A stretch of DNA of 64,000 nt from Gemmatimonadota bacterium (GTDB lineage Bacteria > Gemmatimonadota > Gemmatimonadetes > Gemmatimonadales > GWC2-71-9): positions 1 through 64,000 of the forward strand of contig JAZDCY010000014.1 of assembly GCA_036679645.1 (NCBI GenBank). The letters run 5' to 3'. Below, piece after piece: positions 60,983 to 64,000 of this stretch (positions within the stretch are counted from its first letter, which is position 1; the number at the start of each line of letters is the position of its first letter). The notes below the pieces were generated by a model. It was not told where the DNA came from. It did no database searches and was given only the letters and a program-made list of their open reading frames with translations. Made by a program: the position numbers and the translations under genes.

Positions 60983-62062
60983 ATGAAGCACAACAAGCCT
61001 GAATCCCGACATGACGCCGAGTTCGAGCGGCTGCGCAAGCGCCTGCGGTTGGCGCTCGGGGCGGTGGTGCTCGTAACCCTCGTTGGCGTGCTCGGGTTCA
61101 CCCTCATCGGCGGGCGCGGGCACAATCTGATCGATGCGATCTACATGACGGTCATTACCCTCACGACCGTCGGGTTCGGCGAGATCATCGACATGTCCCG
61201 GAACCCGGTGGGCCGCATCTTCACGATCGCCTTGTTGCTTGGGGGAATGGGAATCGTCGCCTACACGGTTCCGATGCTCGCCGCCTTCGTCATCGAGGGA
61301 CAACTGCACGACATCTTCCGGAGACGCCGGATGGAAAACCGCATTGCACAACTCGCGGGTCATTACATCATCTGCGGGGACGAGGAGACCAGTTGGTTCG
61401 TCGCAGAGGAGCTGATCCACACCGAGCGAACGATCGTACTCATCACGCCAACAGAGGAGGTCCAGGAGCTGGCGCTGGCCCGACTCGGAGACATCCCTTT
61501 GGTGATGGGCGATCCCACGGCGGATGAGGTGCTGGCACGAGCGGGGATCGAGCGGGCCAGCGGCATCGTGTTCAGCCTCGAAAACGAGAAAGACAACGTC
61601 CTGGGGGTGCTCACGGCGCGGCGGCTGTCGCCAATGACGCGCATCATCGCCTCCAGCGAGCATGCGGGCACCGAAGCGAAACTCCGCATGGCGGGCGCCG
61701 ACGGGGTCGTGAGCCCCAGCCGCATTGGGGGACTGCGGATGGCGTCTGAGTTGCTTCGACCAAAGGTGGTCTCGTTCCTCGACCAGATGCTGCGCGAAAA
61801 GGGCGGCAGCCTCCGGGTGGAAGAACTCGAGGTCCTGGCCGAAAGCTCGGCGGCGGGCAAGACGCTCGCGTGGCTCGGTGTCGGCGATGTGAGAGGAGCG
61901 GTGCTGCTCGCCGTCCGCAGGCCGGACGGGCCGTTCGAGTTCAAGCCGCCGGCTGATACGACGCTCGAGCCGGGCATGTCGCTCATCGTCATGGCAGACG
62001 CGCAGGGTCGGTCGGAACTCGAGCAAAAGGTTCAGGGAAGATGGCGGCTGAGTCGATCGTAG
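60983..62062 (+). CDS. Potassium channel with RCK (TrkA-N/TrkA-C) domains
   Basis: TTVGFGE filter, HYIICG, GDPT, GADGVVSP. Confidence 0.92.
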   Translation: MKHNKPESRHDAEFERLRKRLRLALGAVVLVTLVGVLGFTLIGGRGHNLIDAIYMTVITLTTVGFGEIIDMSRNPVGRIFTIALLLGGMGIVAYTVPMLAAFVIEGQLHDIFRRRRMENRIAQLAGHYIICGDEETSWFVAEELIHTERTIVLITPTEEVQELALARLGDIPLVMGDPTADEVLARAGIERASGIVFSLENEKDNVLGVLTARRLSPMTRIIASSEHAGTEAKLRMAGADGVVSPSRIGGLRMASELLRPKVVSFLDQMLREKGGSLRVEELEVLAESSAAGKTLAWLGVGDVRGAVLLAVRRPDGPFEFKPPADTTLEPGMSLIVMADAQGRSELEQKVQGRWRLSRS

Positions 62063-64000
62063 CCGGCGTCATCGGTATCGTCGCCCTCATGTTGGTCGCC
62101 GCCGCCGCGGCGATTGGACTCAAGCGCACGAACCTGCCCTATACGGTGGGGCTCGTGCTCGTCGGGCTTCTGCTCGGCCTCATCTCGGAACAGAGCCAGG
62201 CGCTCGAGCCGTTGAGCCAGCTCACCCTCTCCCCCGAGATCATACTCTTCGTCTTTCTGCCGACGCTGATCTTCGAGTCAGCGTTTGGGCTCGACAGCCG
62301 CCTGCTTATCAAGAACCTGGCCCCCGTAATGACGCTTGCGGCGCCGGGTCTGCTCTTATCCACGGCCATCATCGGCAGCCTCCTGGCCTGGCTGACGTCG
62401 CTTCCCTTCGGAACCGCCCTGCTCTTTGGCGCTCTCATCTCCGCCACCGACCCCGTTGCGGTCATCGCGCTGTTCAGGGAGGTCGGAGCGCCCAAGCGCC
62501 TCACGATTCTGGTCGAGGGCGAGAGCCTCTTCAACGACGCCACGGCGATCGTGCTCTTCCACATCCTCCTTGCCGGTGGCGCCGCCGTGGGGCTCGCCGC
62601 CATCGGGCAGGGCGTCGCGAAGTTCGTCGTGGTCTTTGCGGGCGGGCTCGTGGTGGGCGCGGTCATCGGATACCTGATGATCCGCGTCATCGCATTCGCG
62701 GACGACGACCCGCTGGTCGAGGTTGCGCTCTCGACCGTCGTGGCATACGCAGCGTTCATCGCCGCAGATCATTACTTCCACGTCTCGGGTGTGATGGCGA
62801 CGGTCGGCGCCGGGCTCGTCGTGGGCACGCTGGGCTCGACGCGGTTCCCACCCGCGGTCAGGGCGTACCTGCATCAGTTCTGGGAGTACGCCGCGTTCGT
62901 GGCAAACAGCCTGATCTTCCTCCTCGTCGGCATGACCGTCGAGCCGGCACTGGTGTGGCAGTTCCGCGTCCCGATCCTGATCACGATTGGCGCGGCACTC
63001 GTCGCGCGGGTCGTCACCGTGTTCGGGCTGACCCCGCTCGTGAGCCGCATCAGCGAACCGATCGACTGGCGCTACCGGGTCGTGTTGTTCTGGGGCGGGC
63101 TGCGCGGTGCCGTTGCCCTGGCGCTCGTGCTCAGCCTCGATCCGTCCTACCCGCAACGCGAGATGCTGATCGGGATGGCGGTCGGGATGGTCCTGTTCAC
63201 ACTGCTGGCCGGGGGACCGACGATGGGACCCCTCATTCGCTGGCTGGGGCTGGACAAGCCGGATCTGGTCGATCGCGTGGCACGCGCGCAGGCCAACCTC
63301 GCTGCAAAACGCGGAGCGCTGGCGCGCGTTGAGCGTCTCAAGACGGCTGGGCATTTCTCAAACCGGCTAGTGGCCGATATCGAGGTCGAGTACGAGGAGC
63401 GGGTGCTGGTCATCGAGCGAGAGTTGGCGGACCTGCGCGCCGTCTGCTCCGAGACCGACATGCGTCGGGTGCTGTGGTCCGAGGCGCTCGCAGCCGAGCA
63501 GGCCGCCTATCGGGGCCAATTCGACCGTGGGGCCATGTCCGAACCGGTGCTGCGGGAGTTGGAACTTGGGCTTGCGCTGCGGCGCGACCGACTGAAACGC
63601 GGGGAGATACCCACCGATCACCAGACGGCGAGTCCCATCGAACTCAGGGTGGCCAGTGCAACGAACTGGTTGCTGGAACGCGTGGTCCCGCGCAGTCGCC
63701 TGGTGCAGCGGCACCGGGTACGCACACTCGCGGCGAAGTACGAACGTGATACTGCATTGGTCGAAGCAGGCGCACGTGTCGCCGAGGAGGTGGATCGCCT
63801 GGCGGCACTGTCGGGCATCGACCGCAAGCTGGTCGTGGAGTGTCACGAGGCCTACCAGGCGACGGGCGACGCGGCGATGGCACGAATCGACGAAATCGCC
63901 GAGCACTTCCCCGAGTACGCCCGCGAGGTTCAGCACCGCACCGCACGTCGCATCGCGCTCGATGCCGAAGGCGATGCCATAGCGAACCTCGCGAGCACGG
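62041..64000 (+). CDS. CPA1-family Na+/H+ antiporter with long cytoplasmic tail (runs off the window)
   Basis: LPYTVGLV, FLPTLIFES, ATDPVAV, EGESLFND, GGLRGAV. Absent from the ORF track because no stop occurs in the window. Confidence 0.93.
   Translation, partial: MAAESIVAGVIGIVALMLVAAAAAIGLKRTNLPYTVGLVLVGLLLGLISEQSQALEPLSQLTLSPEIILFVFLPTLIFESAFGLDSRLLIKNLAPVMTLAAPGLLLSTAIIGSLLAWLTSLPFGTALLFGALISATDPVAVIALFREVGAPKRLTILVEGESLFNDATAIVLFHILLAGGAAVGLAAIGQGVAKFVVVFAGGLVVGAVIGYLMIRVIAFADDDPLVEVALSTVVAYAAFIAADHYFHVSGVMATVGAGLVVGTLGSTRFPPAVRAYLHQFWEYAAFVANSLIFLLVGMTVEPALVWQFRVPILITIGAALVARVVTVFGLTPLVSRISEPIDWRYRVVLFWGGLRGAVALALVLSLDPSYPQREMLIGMAVGMVLFTLLAGGPTMGPLIRWLGLDKPDLVDRVARAQANLAAKRGALARVERLKTAGHFSNRLVADIEVEYEERVLVIERELADLRAVCSETDMRRVLWSEALAAEQAAYRGQFDRGAMSEPVLRELELGLALRRDRLKRGEIPTDHQTASPIELRVASATNWLLERVVPRSRLVQRHRVRTLAAKYERDTALVEAGARVAEEVDRLAALSGIDRKLVVECHEAYQATGDAAMARIDEIAEHFPEYAREVQHRTARRIALDAEGDAIANLAST

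Overview
High-GC bacterial window; the gene repertoire (many Hanks-type kinases, VPS10/BNR proteins, secreted lipoproteins) suggests Gemmatimonadota, which is an inference only. The left 4.4 kb is a tRNA-Pro(GGG) integration hotspot. It holds an IS256-like end interrupting a DUF2335 gene and a 2.6-kb integrative-element remnant (att duplication, arm-type repeats, 5'-deleted tyrosine integrase back-to-back with a 5'-deleted S1 protease). Directly upstream of the intact tRNA is an unusual array of three tRNA-Pro 5'-half copies, each split at the D-arm by a 90-100 nt structured insert. Next come hipBA and two PIN-toxin TA pairs with palindromic operators, a Ser/Thr kinase / Ig-domain / beta-barrel cluster, housekeeping genes (panB, gltA, rocD, egtD, nfu), tRNA-Thr and tRNA-Leu. 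A c-di-GMP-I riboswitch has a P1 stem that covers the RBS of a PAS hybrid kinase, and a second protease + small lipoprotein cassette lies at 53-55 kb. About ten genes are broken by internal deletions, frameshifts, a nonsense codon or truncation, which could be real erosion or assembly error. No CRISPR array or rRNA was seen. All calls come from reading motifs by eye; no searches were run.
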